A DNA stretch of 62,590 nucleotides, filler included, from Stramenopiles sp. TOSAG23-3 (GCA_900128585.1; 37 parts of 37 records of this genome joined end to end with filler, not necessarily neighbours in it), one strand, 5' to 3'; positions 22,904 to 34,723 are shown, counted from the first letter of the whole stretch. The notes: generated by a model not told the origin, from the sequence alone. Made by a program: numbers and translations.

Positions 22904-23734
22904 TTATTGACACTCATTAATCATTCTGCTTGCCTTCGCTGAAGGGACAATCAAGGCACGGTCTCGCTCGCTTTCAAAACCTTTGAATACGCCAATAACT
23001 CGATGCACAAAGGCACCGTTCTTATCTGGGACTTTAACGAGGGCCGGCCCCCCGCTAGCTCCCTTGGTATGCTTCATCATACTCACATAAATATAATCAT
23101 CGTCCGAGGAGTCAAAAATTGTACACTTGTCCAGGAATATCCTTCCATCATGCGTACTATTATGGAGGCAATCTTGCATGTCACCATCCAATGCGTTCGT
23201 CCTCGCCGCCTGTTGATTGTTTAGCTTTGGCTGGCCGGGGTACCCGTAAACATCAACTTCATTAGGGACAATGTCATTATCAGAAACGAGAGGAATCCCC
23301 GCTAAATTCAACGATAAGCTGCTGAGCCTAGAACTAACTTGTGCGTCGAGGGTGTACGTATCGTCTACGGTTGCTCTCAAATACTCTGTTTTGTCCTTTT
23401 CGGCTGCTTCACTCCCTTCGTCCAAATTAACACTGCTATGACCAAATGGCTTTTGTCGTAAATCCTTATACCCAATTTTTGCGCGCAAAACGAAAATGTC
23501 ATCAACGAAAACGTCATCCGAACATTTTTTCTTATCTCGCATATCTCGAAATTTTTCAAAAAGTTCTTGGTCCGCTTCGAACGCCCATTTAGTAAGCTGT
23601 TTATCCCCCCTGTACAATCCGATCACAATCCTAAAGTCGATTTTACGAATTTTTTCCCGTAAAACGCTCCCTACACCCCCCCCCACAGGCATCTGTTTCG
23701 AAAAAATTGTGAGCACAAGTTAAAAAAATCGCCT
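22904..23734 (-). CDS. Trypsin-like serine protease with an apparent homopolymer frameshift
   Basis: His motif FLTCAHN (His codon 23709-23711) lies in an adjacent frame. DDIFVL, VYGYPG, GASGGP and VIGV lie in ORF 22904-23716. A C9 run at 23676-23684 lies between them. Confidence 0.75.
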
Positions 23735-23834
23735 NNNNNNNNNNNNNNNNNNNNNNNNNNNNNNNNNNNNNNNNNNNNTTAATTAATTAANNNNNNNNNN
23801 NNNNNNNNNNNNNNNNNNNNNNNNNNNNNNNNNN

Positions 23835-23984
23835 GGCCGCCTTCAACTCTTTTGGGTCGATGGTTCCTGAACCATCCGTATCGAACAAGTTGAACGCTTC
23901 GCGGATCTCTTCAATCTCTTCTTCACTAAGACCGGGGCGTTCAATAACTTTGCCGCGACGGTTGGGGGATCCTCTTCTCGACAT
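23835..23984 (-). CDS. Centrin, N-terminal fragment
   Basis: [36 protein letters not shown] is a typical centrin EF1. Confidence 0.93.
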
Positions 23985-24954
23985 ATTTTACGGTAGGAAG
24001 TTGTACTGTTACGATTCTTTTTTTAAAAGTATGTAGAATTGGTATTCTTTGATAGTTGGGTATTCGAATGAAATTGTCAATTGCGTTTGTACATACCCAT
24101 TTCTTTGTCAACACCCTGTTGCCCACACGAGCGAACGAACGTAACAAGTAAAGGCGTGAGTTTAGTTCGTTACGCAAGTATTTGTGTTTCCATTCTTTAC
24201 ATCATTTTAAACAACGATATTAAAAATAAACAATACTATTCCTACGTTAATATTTCGGTAACACAAAAATATAAGTTAACGTTACACAGCGTCACACCTC
24301 CCGCCAATTAAAAATTAATAACAGTATTATTTCATATAAATGTATACTAAGTTTACAATAAGTATAAACGTACATAGGGATCCATCTCAAGAATATCTAT
24401 TTGGATATTCACAGGATTCATTTCGTAGAAAAGTAAGGAAATATCTATAAATGAATAAAATATGATGTTTTCATTTCTTTTTTATGAAATGAAATGTGAT
24501 CTAATAATAATTAACCGTAAAGTGATGAATATGATATGTGGTAAATGGATGAATGAACAATGGCCTTAATTATCAAATGGGTGGTGTTAATTTAAATGGT
24601 TGAATCGTCCGGGTGAAGAAAACGTCCTTTTGAAGAAATAAGGAGAAAGGCACATTTAGGCTTTACAGCATCCCATACTTAGTACTAAATAACATACAAC
24701 ATCAAAAACCCAAGTGTCATTTACATTCAACACATCCTAAATAATCAGAGATGAATGAATTAAAAAATAGAAAGAAGTTAACGATCAAATATGGGAAAGA
24801 AATATTATTAAAACGTATTGTACATTTATAATATATAATTATTCATGTTTAGATGTTATATATATAGTAAAGTATACCATAATCCTATATGAATGGGTTA
24901 ACTGAGTAGGTTAAGTTACAATCAATTACTTTTGACTTTAAATCGAAGAGGAGT

Positions 24955-25131
24955 AAGAAAGAAAGAAGGAAAGAAAGAAAGAAAGACAGAAAGAAAGAAA
25001 TAAAGAAAGAAAGAAAAGAAAGAAAGAAAGAAATCAATCAATCAATCTAAAAAAAAGAAAGAAAGAAAGAAAGACAGAAAGAAAGAAAGAAAGAAAGAAA
25101 GAAAAGAAAGAAAGATAGAAAGACAAGAAAA
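24955..25131. repeat. (GAAA)n microsatellite
   Basis: Imperfect GAAA tandem. A (TTTC)n tract follows at 25355-25432. Confidence 0.9.
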
Positions 25132-25357
25132 GCTCAAATATTCAGTAGGATAGTGTTAAAGTGAGGGCATGAAAGGGTTTTCATGATGAATAATTACGTG
25201 TAATACATATAAAAGTAAGTGTAACTGTGATTATGTAGTTTTTGTTTTGTCTGGTGTCTCCGTCCCCGTCTATCATTCATATGTTATATTTAATCTTTCT
25301 TGTTAGAAGGTAGTATACTGATTAGTACAAGCAGTCATTATATTTCAATTTCGTTTT

Positions 25358-25432
<75 letters not shown>

Positions 25433-25954
25433 NNNNNNNNNNNNNNNNNNNNNNNNNNNNNNNNNNNNNNNNNNNNTTAATTAATTAANNNNNNNNNNNN
25501 NNNNNNNNNNNNNNNNNNNNNNNNNNNNNNNNTTAAAAATAATTTTATTATTTTTATTTTATTATTATTATTATTATTGAATAATGACAAATTATTGTTG
25601 TTGTGAACCTGTATTGATATTATTAATTATTAGCCAATGTCCGTCCTACATATTATTATTAGTCTATTTATTATAAATAATAATATTATTAAATAATTAA
25701 TATTAGGACCACCTCCTTCTTCTTCTTCCGCAAGTCGCGTGTCGTATTTTTGTACACTATTTAAACTGTAAGAGTGAATGAAGGATTACTGTACAAACTT
25801 TGCAAAAGATGTACCAGAAGCTAGCTTTTGATAAATCTGATGTTTGTTGTAGCATACTACCAGCAGCGAACCCGGCGAATTACTGCAAACCTAGGAGGTA
25901 AATTGACTGCTGTAAAAATGTTGGTTACGAGTGCCGGTTGAGTCTGACAGAAGA

Positions 25955-27130
25955 ATGGGAAGCGAAATAAGTTGCTGCGCGCAACGGGACGGCGGAGAAG
26001 CAGAGCCCATGGAAGACAGCGACACTGTGGTTATGCTAGACGGCAGAATCTTACCGCTTTCTTTGTATGGACAAAACGTATCAGTCAACGACCCAAAGAA
26101 TGATGCCCTTTTTTTAATTCGCGTGGGTTCAAATATAATTACTAAGCGGCAAGAGTCGCGGGAACATTTTGAGTCAGAAATTGAGTGGTCAAATGCCAGT
26201 GCACTGGACGACAGCTGGGCACTGTCGAAGGAAATTATGGCGAACGAATACCCGAAAGAAGACTACCGCAGCAGCGGAATAGAAAACCTTTCGGCCTACT
26301 TTGAAACGGAAGACTTTTTTGAGGAAGAAAGCAGCGAGGATGAAGATGCTCAGCCTGAAACTGAGGTACCGAGCGGAGCGGAGGAGCTGTTAACCATGAA
26401 CACAGACGTCGTCGGCGAAGCTGGAGATGTACCCGAATCTACAGTCGGAGAGACGGCTGCCATCTCGGCAGGAATGGAGGAAGAGCCGGGTCCTACCGAA
26501 GCGGGTGGTCCTACCGGACCAAGAACTCCCAATAAATCGGAGGAAAGTCGAACACAGCCATTACCGTCTCCGCACGAGGCGGTAATGTTGCAGGATGAAT
26601 CCCCGGTACCAAACGTAGTTTGTGAGGAAATAATCAAGGCGGGACTGAACACGGAAGGCTGGGAATTAGTGCAAGACATTAAAAAAATAGGGTCAAAACT
26701 TTTTCGGGCAAAAGTTGTCCGACCTGGCATATTAGCTTATAAGATAGAGCATATTGTAGAAGGGAAACCGGCAGCTGTAGTAGAAGCCATGGACAATATA
26801 ACGGAACGGAAACTGTTCGATAGCACGTACAAAAACAGTGATTCGACATTCATAGATGGCATGACAAAACTGATTCACTATCGTTACTCGAGTTGGCTCA
26901 CAAGCTTTGATTTCGTAGATTTTCGTCGAATCTGGCGCAACGTACCTTTTGATTTGCATTCAAAGGAATTGGATAGCCCTTGCTTCCCCGAAGAAATTAA
27001 GACCAAGTCCAAAAAAGTAATTGTTCTTGGGTTTATGGATGCGAACGGTCACCCAAAAGCTCCAGCCCCAGAGCGTGGCTTCATAAGATGTCATTCCAAG
27101 CGACCTTGTGGGTTGATTTATCAGCATTGG
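25955..27130 (+). CDS. START/SRPBCC lipid-binding domain protein with putative N-terminal acylation motif (3' truncated)
   Basis: Starts MGSEISCC. START-like ERKLFD..IHYRY..DFVDFRRIW..HPKAPAPERGFIRC. Confidence 0.7.
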
Positions 27131-27230
27131 NNNNNNNNNNNNNNNNNNNNNNNNNNNNNNNNNNNNNNNNNNNNTTAATTAATTAANNNNNNNNNNNNNN
27201 NNNNNNNNNNNNNNNNNNNNNNNNNNNNNN

Positions 27231-28609
27231 TCAAAGAATTCACCGTCTGAAATGTAAAATGACTTTCCGCGATCGCCTTTCGGCAGCACGGGGATAGGAA
27301 TGAAAGGAACTTTCTTCTTCTCCCCCTCCGTTGCATTCTCTGCTCTCTCCATTATGTCTTTAAACGACCCGAGCTGCGCCAAGTTGTTGGAATTTAAACT
27401 GCTTTCTAAATCTGTAAAGTCTTCTTTGCCACCGTCCTGTTGCCCCTCGGGGCTCCCGTCCATCGCCGTGTCCTTTTTGCCCCTGCCGTTTTCAGTGCTC
27501 TGCCCGGCGTCGTCCTTTCCCGCCTCGGCAGGCCGGGCAAGAGCTTCTGCACCCTCCTCGGTCCACCGTTCGCCGGATTTGGCTGTCAGCAACTTCTTTA
27601 TCACAATTTTTAATTTATCGACTTCTTCCCGAACAAGCTTTTCACGATGACCTGCCGTTTCCCGGGCCTCTCTAATCTTTTGCTCGTACACGCTTTTCAG
27701 TTCTCTCTGGGACGCGAGTAACGCCGTGGCCGCTTCGTCCTCCACCCGTTGCCTCAGCCGAGTTATCATTTGGTCCTTGGATTCTTCAAAGTCTCCACTC
27801 AACCGCTTCTTGCGCCTGTGATTCGGTTTTCTACTGCCATGAGAAGACGGCGGGCTGCGCCTTGCCAATCGGTGATACACGCTATGCTTTACTTGGTGCC
27901 TCAATTTCTTGTTCTCTTCCTTCAAGGCTTTCAGCTGACCGAGCTGCTTGCGCTGCAGGGCTTCGGCTTCTTGGACCTCTAGCCGGCTGGCCTTGAGCTC
28001 ATTGGCCTTCTCCTCGATCGCGATCGACTGCTTTTGGCACGTCTCCCGGAGCGACGACGCATACCGCTTCATCCGTTTCATCCGGTCCGATTCTTCCTTT
28101 TTTTCCTTCTTTTCTTGTTCGGCGCTTGCCAGCTTGGTAAAGTCCTCCCGCAGAGAATCCATTTCCTTCTGGCGTCCTTGCATTACGCTCCACTGCCCCC
28201 GCAGCATTTCCACGGCGCCTTTCGCAGCCGTAAGCTGGGAAGCCAGGCCAGCATTCTGATCTCGCAAACTATGGACCTCCCGATCCAAATCTACGCATTG
28301 CAACTCGACGGCCCTTAATTTTTGATTCTCTGCCTCCACCTCAAGTGCCCTAGCCTTCACGCGAGACATTTCCGAGGCTTGAAGTTCCACTTGGGCAGCC
28401 AAGTGCTGCTCAATTCCTACAAAGTTGTTGATCGTTTCTCGGGCTCGCATCAGCTCCATTTCCAACCGTTCCAGTTTCGTCGGAGCGAGCGAATGACTAT
28501 ACCGAAAATTAGCCGCGGCGAAATTACCAACTCCACTACTGTTGTCTTTCTGAATGCCGTTGGGTGCGAGGAACCCGGCCGCTGCAGGGTCTGGTCCGGG
28601 TGCTTCCAT
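27231..28609 (-). CDS. Long coiled-coil protein (3' truncated)
   Basis: About 460 codons of E/K/R/L-rich heptads. ATG at the AT-to-GC boundary. Confidence 0.75.
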
Positions 28610-28996
28610 GTTCAACGACGACGGTCCACCACCTGTTATTGTAAGATAATATTAATCCTCCAATTATTCAACACGATTTGGACAGAAACAAACAATTCGT
28701 TGAACATTTGTTCAATGATATTGCAACAACAACAACAACAAAAATATATATGGTTTTTGCAAATAAAATTCAGTTATTATAACCAAGTATATTAGAAATA
28801 ATATAAAAAAATAATAATAATAATAANNNNNNNNNNNNNNNNNNNNNNNNNNNNNNNNNNNNNNNNNNNNTTAATTAATTAANNNNNNNNNNNNNNNNNN
28901 NNNNNNNNNNNNNNNNNNNNNNNNNNGATCGCGGAGCTCTGGCGTGCGCCTGCGCTGACATGGCCGCGATCGGCGTAGGATCCCCGTAGCATAAAT

Positions 28997-29773
28997 ATGT
29001 CGTCGGCAACCCTTGCTCTCGAGACCAAAACGAAGGCGATCATTACAGGAGCCACGATCGTCTTCTTCCATACCCTCTTCTTTTTTTGCCGTTCAAAGGT
29101 AAGCGCATGGTGCAACATTTCAGGTGCAAAGCCTGGAGATGTGGCAAACCGCGTTACATCGTGCGTGCATGCGACAATAACTGCCTTTGCATCTCTATAC
29201 GAACTGCTGCATCGCAATTCGCTCGGGGAAGAGGCCATCCTAGGGGTCGGCGCAGGCTCTTCAACAGGAGTTGCGGAAGCAGCGATTGCCTTCTCTGCTG
29301 GGTACATGATATGGGACATTTGGTGCATGGTTCGTATCGACTGCCAGCCACTTGGACCACTGATTGGACACCATGTTGGGAGTGGAGCCTGCCTGTTGTT
29401 GACCGCCAACGTATGGCCGGAAGCAATGTGGGTCACAAGTCTATTGCTACTTACCGAGTTCGCCGTTGGATTCAAAGACTTCGTATGGGCGCTTGAGTTT
29501 GACCAGGCCGTCCGTCCTAGCCCCGGACTTTTGCGTGCGGCGAGGTTTGCGCTTCTGTTCGCTTGGGTAATTTTCCGTTTAATTCCATTTCCGGTTTTTT
29601 TCAACGCGCTGGTTGTGCATGGCGATGCGTTGTTTGCTACTTCTCCCGCTCTGTATCGGCTCTGTTGGTTCATGGGGGTGTTTCTTACCATATTTAACGT
29701 TGGAGGGCTTCTCCAAGTGGCTCTGCCAGGTTTTCCTTGGAGCAGCACCCCACCTGCGCACAAAGCAAAATGA
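28997..29773 (+). CDS. TLC (TRAM/LAG1/CLN8) domain membrane protein
   Basis: NRVTSCVHA, FSAGYMIWD, GHH, LLTEF and IFRL motifs with multiple TM helices. Complete. Confidence 0.85.
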   Translation: MSSATLALETKTKAIITGATIVFFHTLFFFCRSKVSAWCNISGAKPGDVANRVTSCVHATITAFASLYELLHRNSLGEEAILGVGAGSSTGVAEAAIAFSAGYMIWDIWCMVRIDCQPLGPLIGHHVGSGACLLLTANVWPEAMWVTSLLLLTEFAVGFKDFVWALEFDQAVRPSPGLLRAARFALLFAWVIFRLIPFPVFFNALVVHGDALFATSPALYRLCWFMGVFLTIFNVGGLLQVALPGFPWSSTPPAHKAK

Positions 29774-30019
29774 TAAATAAAAAAACCCTAATTCACTTAG
29801 TCTAAATAAAGCAAAGTGATAAGAATTTACACACTAAATTTTGTACTTTCTGTAAGATTTTATTATAGCGTTTTCTTGTGAGAGCAAATTATTCTACATG
29901 CGTCCGCATTGCATTGTATTTACCTTTGAGAGTCTTAAAACATACTATGTCACTAGTTTTTTTTTACCTTTGCGCGCTTTACTTTGCACACTCTGCTGGT
30001 AGACTAACAGTTCTCGTTT

Positions 30020-30520
30020 CTAGTATCGACCAGCATATTTCGATGTCCGTTTCTGCGTGTTATAACCGGTTGACGCCTTTTTGTTCATTTGTTTGTATAC
30101 TTGCAGCTTCTCTTGCAGCGTTTGTACTTGTTTTGCCGCAGCTTTTTGCTCGTGGAGTTCTTTGTACGACCGTTCCGCTCGTCTTTTGAACTTGCTGTTT
30201 GCATTTCTAAGCGCTCTCCTTTTCCCCGTCGTTTTCATAGCGATCTTTAGTTCATCCAATGACGGCATTTTCATGGTTTCGACAGGCTTGGTCGACGGTG
30301 CACTTGGTTCGTCCAGAGGAAGATCGTCGTGCAAAATCGCAAAGTCAGCGGCTGTCAGGGACTTCTTCAGTTTTTTCTGCGGGTTGTTGGACACTGCAGC
30401 CCTGCTTAAAGGATCTGGTTTTACCGCCACCTCTTTCGACTTCATGGCCAGAAGATCGCTCTGCGGACTTGCCGCATCGTTCGTACTCTCACATTCCGAA
30501 AAGCTTTCGTAGGCATAGTA
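30020..30520 (-). CDS. Hypothetical basic protein, C-terminal fragment
   Basis: Open to the contig end with a Lys-rich helical tail. Confidence 0.55.
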   Translation of the reverse strand, partial: YYAYESFSECESTNDAASPQSDLLAMKSKEVAVKPDPLSRAAVSNNPQKKLKKSLTAADFAILHDDLPLDEPSAPSTKPVETMKMPSLDELKIAMKTTGKRRALRNANSKFKRRAERSYKELHEQKAAAKQVQTLQEKLQVYKQMNKKASTGYNTQKRTSKYAGRY

Positions 30521-30705
30521 TTNNNNNNNNNNNNNNNNNNNNNNNNNNNNNNNNNNNNNNNNNNNNTTAATTAATTAANNNNNNNNNNNNNNNNNNNNNN
30601 NNNNNNNNNNNNNNNNNNNNNNCCCCCCCCCGTCGGACTGTTCTTCTTTTTGTTGCCGCCATCTCATATACGTACAGGAACATTTGTTACTCCTAACTCT
30701 TTCTC

Positions 30706-32175
30706 ATGGGTGCGGGAGCGGACCTCGATGGGACGTCAAGTTTATACGTTTCAATTGTCATTGTCGCCTTTGTGTTGTTCTCCAAGTTGATCGAGGGATT
30801 CTTTCATCGCTTAAAGCATTACCTTCACCATCGCCACGAGTATTCATTGATCAAAGTAATGGAACAAGTGAAGGATGAACTTATGCTGGTCGGGACCCTG
30901 TCGATGTTTCTTATTTTCGTGGAAAACCAGCTCGCAACGTGGTGCGTTCCGAACAATGACATTTTCGTTCCGAAAAAGCAACACGCGGTGTGCCGAGAGC
31001 ATTACGCCTCATCGACCGCAAACGCGACAAGGCGCTTGCCCGGGGACCATGGCTCCAACATGTCCCTGCTTGCAAGCGGCGCAGCGCCCACCTGCGACAG
31101 TGGCCAGGTTTTTTTCATCGAAACCAAAGCTCTTCACCAGGCAGACTTTTTGATATTTTACGTTGCCATTACACACATAGTGTACACGTGCATTGCGATT
31201 TTCACGTCGCGTTACTGGGCGAAAGGGTACGAGACGTGGGAGGCGGAAGTGCTTCAAGGGGGCGGCAAGCTTATCCAAGACTACGAGTTTAAAATACCTG
31301 ATTACCCAAAGACTTTCATGCACGAGTACGCAGCGGCGTTCAAGAAGCAATTCACGTTTCGGATAGACCACTTGACGGCGCACGTACTGCGTGAGTTTTT
31401 TCTTAAGTCACAAAACAAACCGAAAGACTTTCGGTTCTTCAAGATGGTCAAGAAAGAGTTGGAGGGCGATTTTGTGGAGCTGTGCGGGCTGGATACGATT
31501 CTTTGGATATACACTGCAGGGGTTCTTTTTTCCGAAGGGATGGAGAACGACGACAAGGGTGGCAGTGCACCCGTGGGCACAATTTTCGGGTGTTTGGTGT
31601 CGTTTTGTTTGGGGACGAAGATGCTAGTGATCATACGGAATTTAACCAAAGAAGCGTTAAGACGAATAAAGAAAAACGGCGCAGAAGGTGCAGGCGAGTG
31701 TGTGTACAAGGGCTTGGAAATTAAATTTGACTGCCCGTGGAAGTTCAAGGGGCACGGGCCCACGCTCCTCCGTTGGGCAATAAAATTGGTGATGTTTCAG
31801 TTCAGTCAGAAAATTTGCTTCACAATCTTCTATTTTCAACAATTCAAAGGGAAAGGCTGTTATATCCTGTCCCGTGGGCCCGCGTCCCTGATTATTACGT
31901 CTTTGATCCACGGCGTAATGTGTTTTTATATTGGCTTGGTCCTGATTCCGCTTTATTCGTTGACAAAGCATCTGCACATTCGGACCCATGAAATGGGGAA
32001 ACACAAATCTAATGATTCGCCCGTCACCGTGCATAAAGAATTGCAGCACCACCCCAATGCTTCGCACGGCAGACCCAACAGCTCCAATGCCCCCTTTGTT
32101 GGTTCTGCGTACCATGTGCCGCCACCGTCTAACGAGTCTTATGGGGGTTCAGATGACCTGGATATTTATTCGTAA
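30706..32175 (+). CDS. MLO: MLO-family seven-TM protein (complete, intronless)
   Basis: MEQVKDELMLVGTLSMFL (cf. LEKIKEELMLLGFISLLL), ALHQADFLIFYVAITHIVY (cf. GLHQLHIFIFVLA..H..Y), LEGDFVELCG (cf. LEDDFK.VVG) and IPLYSLT (cf. LPLYALV). Confidence 0.9.
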   Translation: MGAGADLDGTSSLYVSIVIVAFVLFSKLIEGFFHRLKHYLHHRHEYSLIKVMEQVKDELMLVGTLSMFLIFVENQLATWCVPNNDIFVPKKQHAVCREHYASSTANATRRLPGDHGSNMSLLASGAAPTCDSGQVFFIETKALHQADFLIFYVAITHIVYTCIAIFTSRYWAKGYETWEAEVLQGGGKLIQDYEFKIPDYPKTFMHEYAAAFKKQFTFRIDHLTAHVLREFFLKSQNKPKDFRFFKMVKKELEGDFVELCGLDTILWIYTAGVLFSEGMENDDKGGSAPVGTIFGCLVSFCLGTKMLVIIRNLTKEALRRIKKNGAEGAGECVYKGLEIKFDCPWKFKGHGPTLLRWAIKLVMFQFSQKICFTIFYFQQFKGKGCYILSRGPASLIITSLIHGVMCFYIGLVLIPLYSLTKHLHIRTHEMGKHKSNDSPVTVHKELQHHPNASHGRPNSSNAPFVGSAYHVPPPSNESYGGSDDLDIYS

Positions 32176-33301
32176 ATTATTTTTCTCCTCCTCCGAAAAA
32201 AAATATAATATAATATATNNNNNNNNNNNNNNNNNNNNNNNNNNNNNNNNNNNNNNNNNNNNTTAATTAATTAANNNNNNNNNNNNNNNNNNNNNNNNNN
32301 NNNNNNNNNNNNNNNNNNATTGACAACCATCAAACGAAATTAAGAAATTTAAAAGATCAAACTAAAAAATCGAGATAGGATTAGGGTTGGATTTGAAATT
32401 AGTATTTGATTTAAAATGAGAGTCTTAAAACATACTATATATTTTGGTTTTTAAATCTTGTGTTTATTTATATCTCCTCGTAAATGGGATGTTATCAGTG
32501 TGTATGGACAGTTGGGTGAAAAATTATGTGGTTTAATTCTTGTTCCAACAGTTGTCTGACTATGTTACGTCTTCTAGACCGACTATGTGTCTTTTCTGCC
32601 AAGGCAAGGAGGCGTTAGTACCGGTAGAGTCTATGTTGCGCATTTCTTCCATAATAAATGATTGGGGCAACAAAAAAGAAGAAGAAATTATAATACAGTA
32701 CCCAGGTACCTTAATTCTAACCATCAAAAGGAAGGAGAAGACTTCATGAAGTCTTCTTTCAAGAAAAAGAGGGAGGGGCACAAGAGTTTGCAGGTATTTT
32801 ACCGGTACCTGGTATTATACGGGTTCGGTAGTACCTGGTATGTGACAAGAAATGAGAATACGACTGCTTCAAAAATAGTTTTAATGGACACTATATATAT
32901 ATAACTAGTAAGTAGTACGTTAAAAGTTTAATAATATCTCTGAATCACGTACTTCACGTATTATAGTTAGTAAATATTTAATAAAAGTCTACTATCTTGT
33001 TAGTTTTATTCGACTAAAATTGTTACGTGATTTGGATATCTTTTAAACTTTAGTATATGATGTATACTGTGTATATTGTAATCTAAAGAGAAGAGTAGAC
33101 GCGCGAGAAGAGTAGGCGCGCGGTTCAAGGACCTTTTCCTGAGTCAAAAAGATTATCCTCCCCCATGCACCCTACCCGGTCTGATAAATTAAATTGTATG
33201 TACAATTTTGGGATTGAAACAATTGTGCACAAAAGTAGGTATAAACTAAAAACTACCCGATTCGCTTCTCTTATTATTATTACCAATACGCAATAAACAA
33301 A

Positions 33302-33912
33302 ATGCTTCCAAAAAAGGCAAACGTTACCTTCGGCCTCGCAAGCTTCTGTATTCTCTGCCTTATTGCCAGCCCTATCGCTGCTAGTCAGTGCTCTGGAACG
33401 TATGCCCTGAACCAATTTGACTACGGTGGTAGGCATCGTTACCAACTGGCGCATCTTCAGTTGCAAACCCCCGGTGTCGCTTACGTGAAGGAAACTAAAT
33501 GCCCTGATGAGAAGAAGATGCAGGACGATGTAACCCAGGAATATGACTGTACCGCGGCTAGCGTTACCGGTGTTCCTCAAACTATAAGTGGCTGTGCCCA
33601 GTCAAACCATCATTCCCCACATAGGCCCGAAAGCACTGCGTTCTGTTGCCCTCGGACACATGAACATTTTGCAAAAGTCAAGTATAAAACTGCAGCCGGG
33701 GAAGAGGTTACTGCGCATATGTGTGTTTCGACATCGACGTATCCCTATGAACTGGTAGCAGCGACTGATCCTACCACGAATTTGGTTAAATACTCAGATT
33801 TCTTTAAAAATGGTGGTTCGGGTGGATCATTCGGCTCGTTGTTTAAAGTATCCATAACTGGGTGCGCGGAGACATCCCCCTCAACAACTACGTGCAATGC
33901 TGGGAGTGGGAC
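33302..33912 (+). CDS. Secreted Cys-containing protein (3' truncated)
   Basis: Signal-peptide-like FGLASFCILCLIASPIAA. Open to the contig end. Confidence 0.65.
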
Positions 33913-34012
33913 NNNNNNNNNNNNNNNNNNNNNNNNNNNNNNNNNNNNNNNNNNNNTTAATTAATTAANNNNNNNNNNNNNNNNNNNNNNNNNNNNNNNN
34001 NNNNNNNNNNNN

Positions 34013-34064
34013 CGTACCCTCTCGTTCCTCTTCATCCAAGACCAATCATAACCAGCTTCCATCG
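34013..34064 (-). other. Inverted duplicate of 35420-35471 at contig start (fold-back chimera)
   Basis: 52-nt exact reverse complement that replaces the 5' part of the erlin gene. Confidence 0.9.
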
Positions 34065-34065
34065 A

Positions 34066-34563
34066 GCCCTTCAAAGAGATTGCGTTGTGTGGGCGCCAGG
34101 TATTGAAATAATTGCCGTGCGTGTGACAAAGCCCAGGGTCCCAGAGCAGATTCGTCGAAACTACGAAAAAATGGAAGGGGAGAAAACTCAACTGCTTATT
34201 GCCATCGAGACGCAGAAAGTGGTGGAAATGGAAGCAGAGACCGATAAGTTGAAGGCCACTATTATTGCTAACAAGCAAAGGGAAGTCTCGGAGTTGAATA
34301 TGAAGAAGAAAATAATGGAGAAAGAGGCCGAGCAGAAGATTGCTAAGTTGGAGGACGAGATATCCGGTGCCCACCAAAAGGCAAAATCTGATGCAGAATA
34401 TTATCGAATAATCCGTGAAGCAGAGGCCAACAACAAGCGTTTGACCAAAGAATTTATCGAGTATACGCGAATAGTTGCCATGTCAAATAACACAAAAGTT
34501 TATTTTGGAAACAAGATTCCAAATATGGTCACCACCACGGGGATCAGCACACCCAATAACTGA
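34066..34563 (+). CDS. ERLIN: Erlin (SPFH domain), C-terminal fragment
   Basis: ALQRDC..WAPGIEIIAVRVTKPRVPEQIRRNYEKMEGEKTQLLIA...NNTKVYFG.KIPNM. Confidence 0.92.
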   Translation, partial: ALQRDCVVWAPGIEIIAVRVTKPRVPEQIRRNYEKMEGEKTQLLIAIETQKVVEMEAETDKLKATIIANKQREVSELNMKKKIMEKEAEQKIAKLEDEISGAHQKAKSDAEYYRIIREAEANNKRLTKEFIEYTRIVAMSNNTKVYFGNKIPNMVTTTGISTPNN

Positions 34564-34723
34564 ATTAACTAAAAGCTTTTTAAACAAATCATATATCTTA
34601 TCATATCATCATGTACCGGTCGGTAATGATATCATATGATGTGCACTGTGTACTCAGGTTTATTCATGAAATCGGATAAAAACTTTTAAGATTTTTTGAT
34701 TTTTAGGCTCCCGCTTTGCCTCG

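Noticed and set aside
22904-22906. Alternative genetic code (TAA read as sense)
   Set aside because: Complete conserved genes end normally at TAA (NME7, SF3A2, MLO), TAG (REXO4) and TGA (COMMD4).
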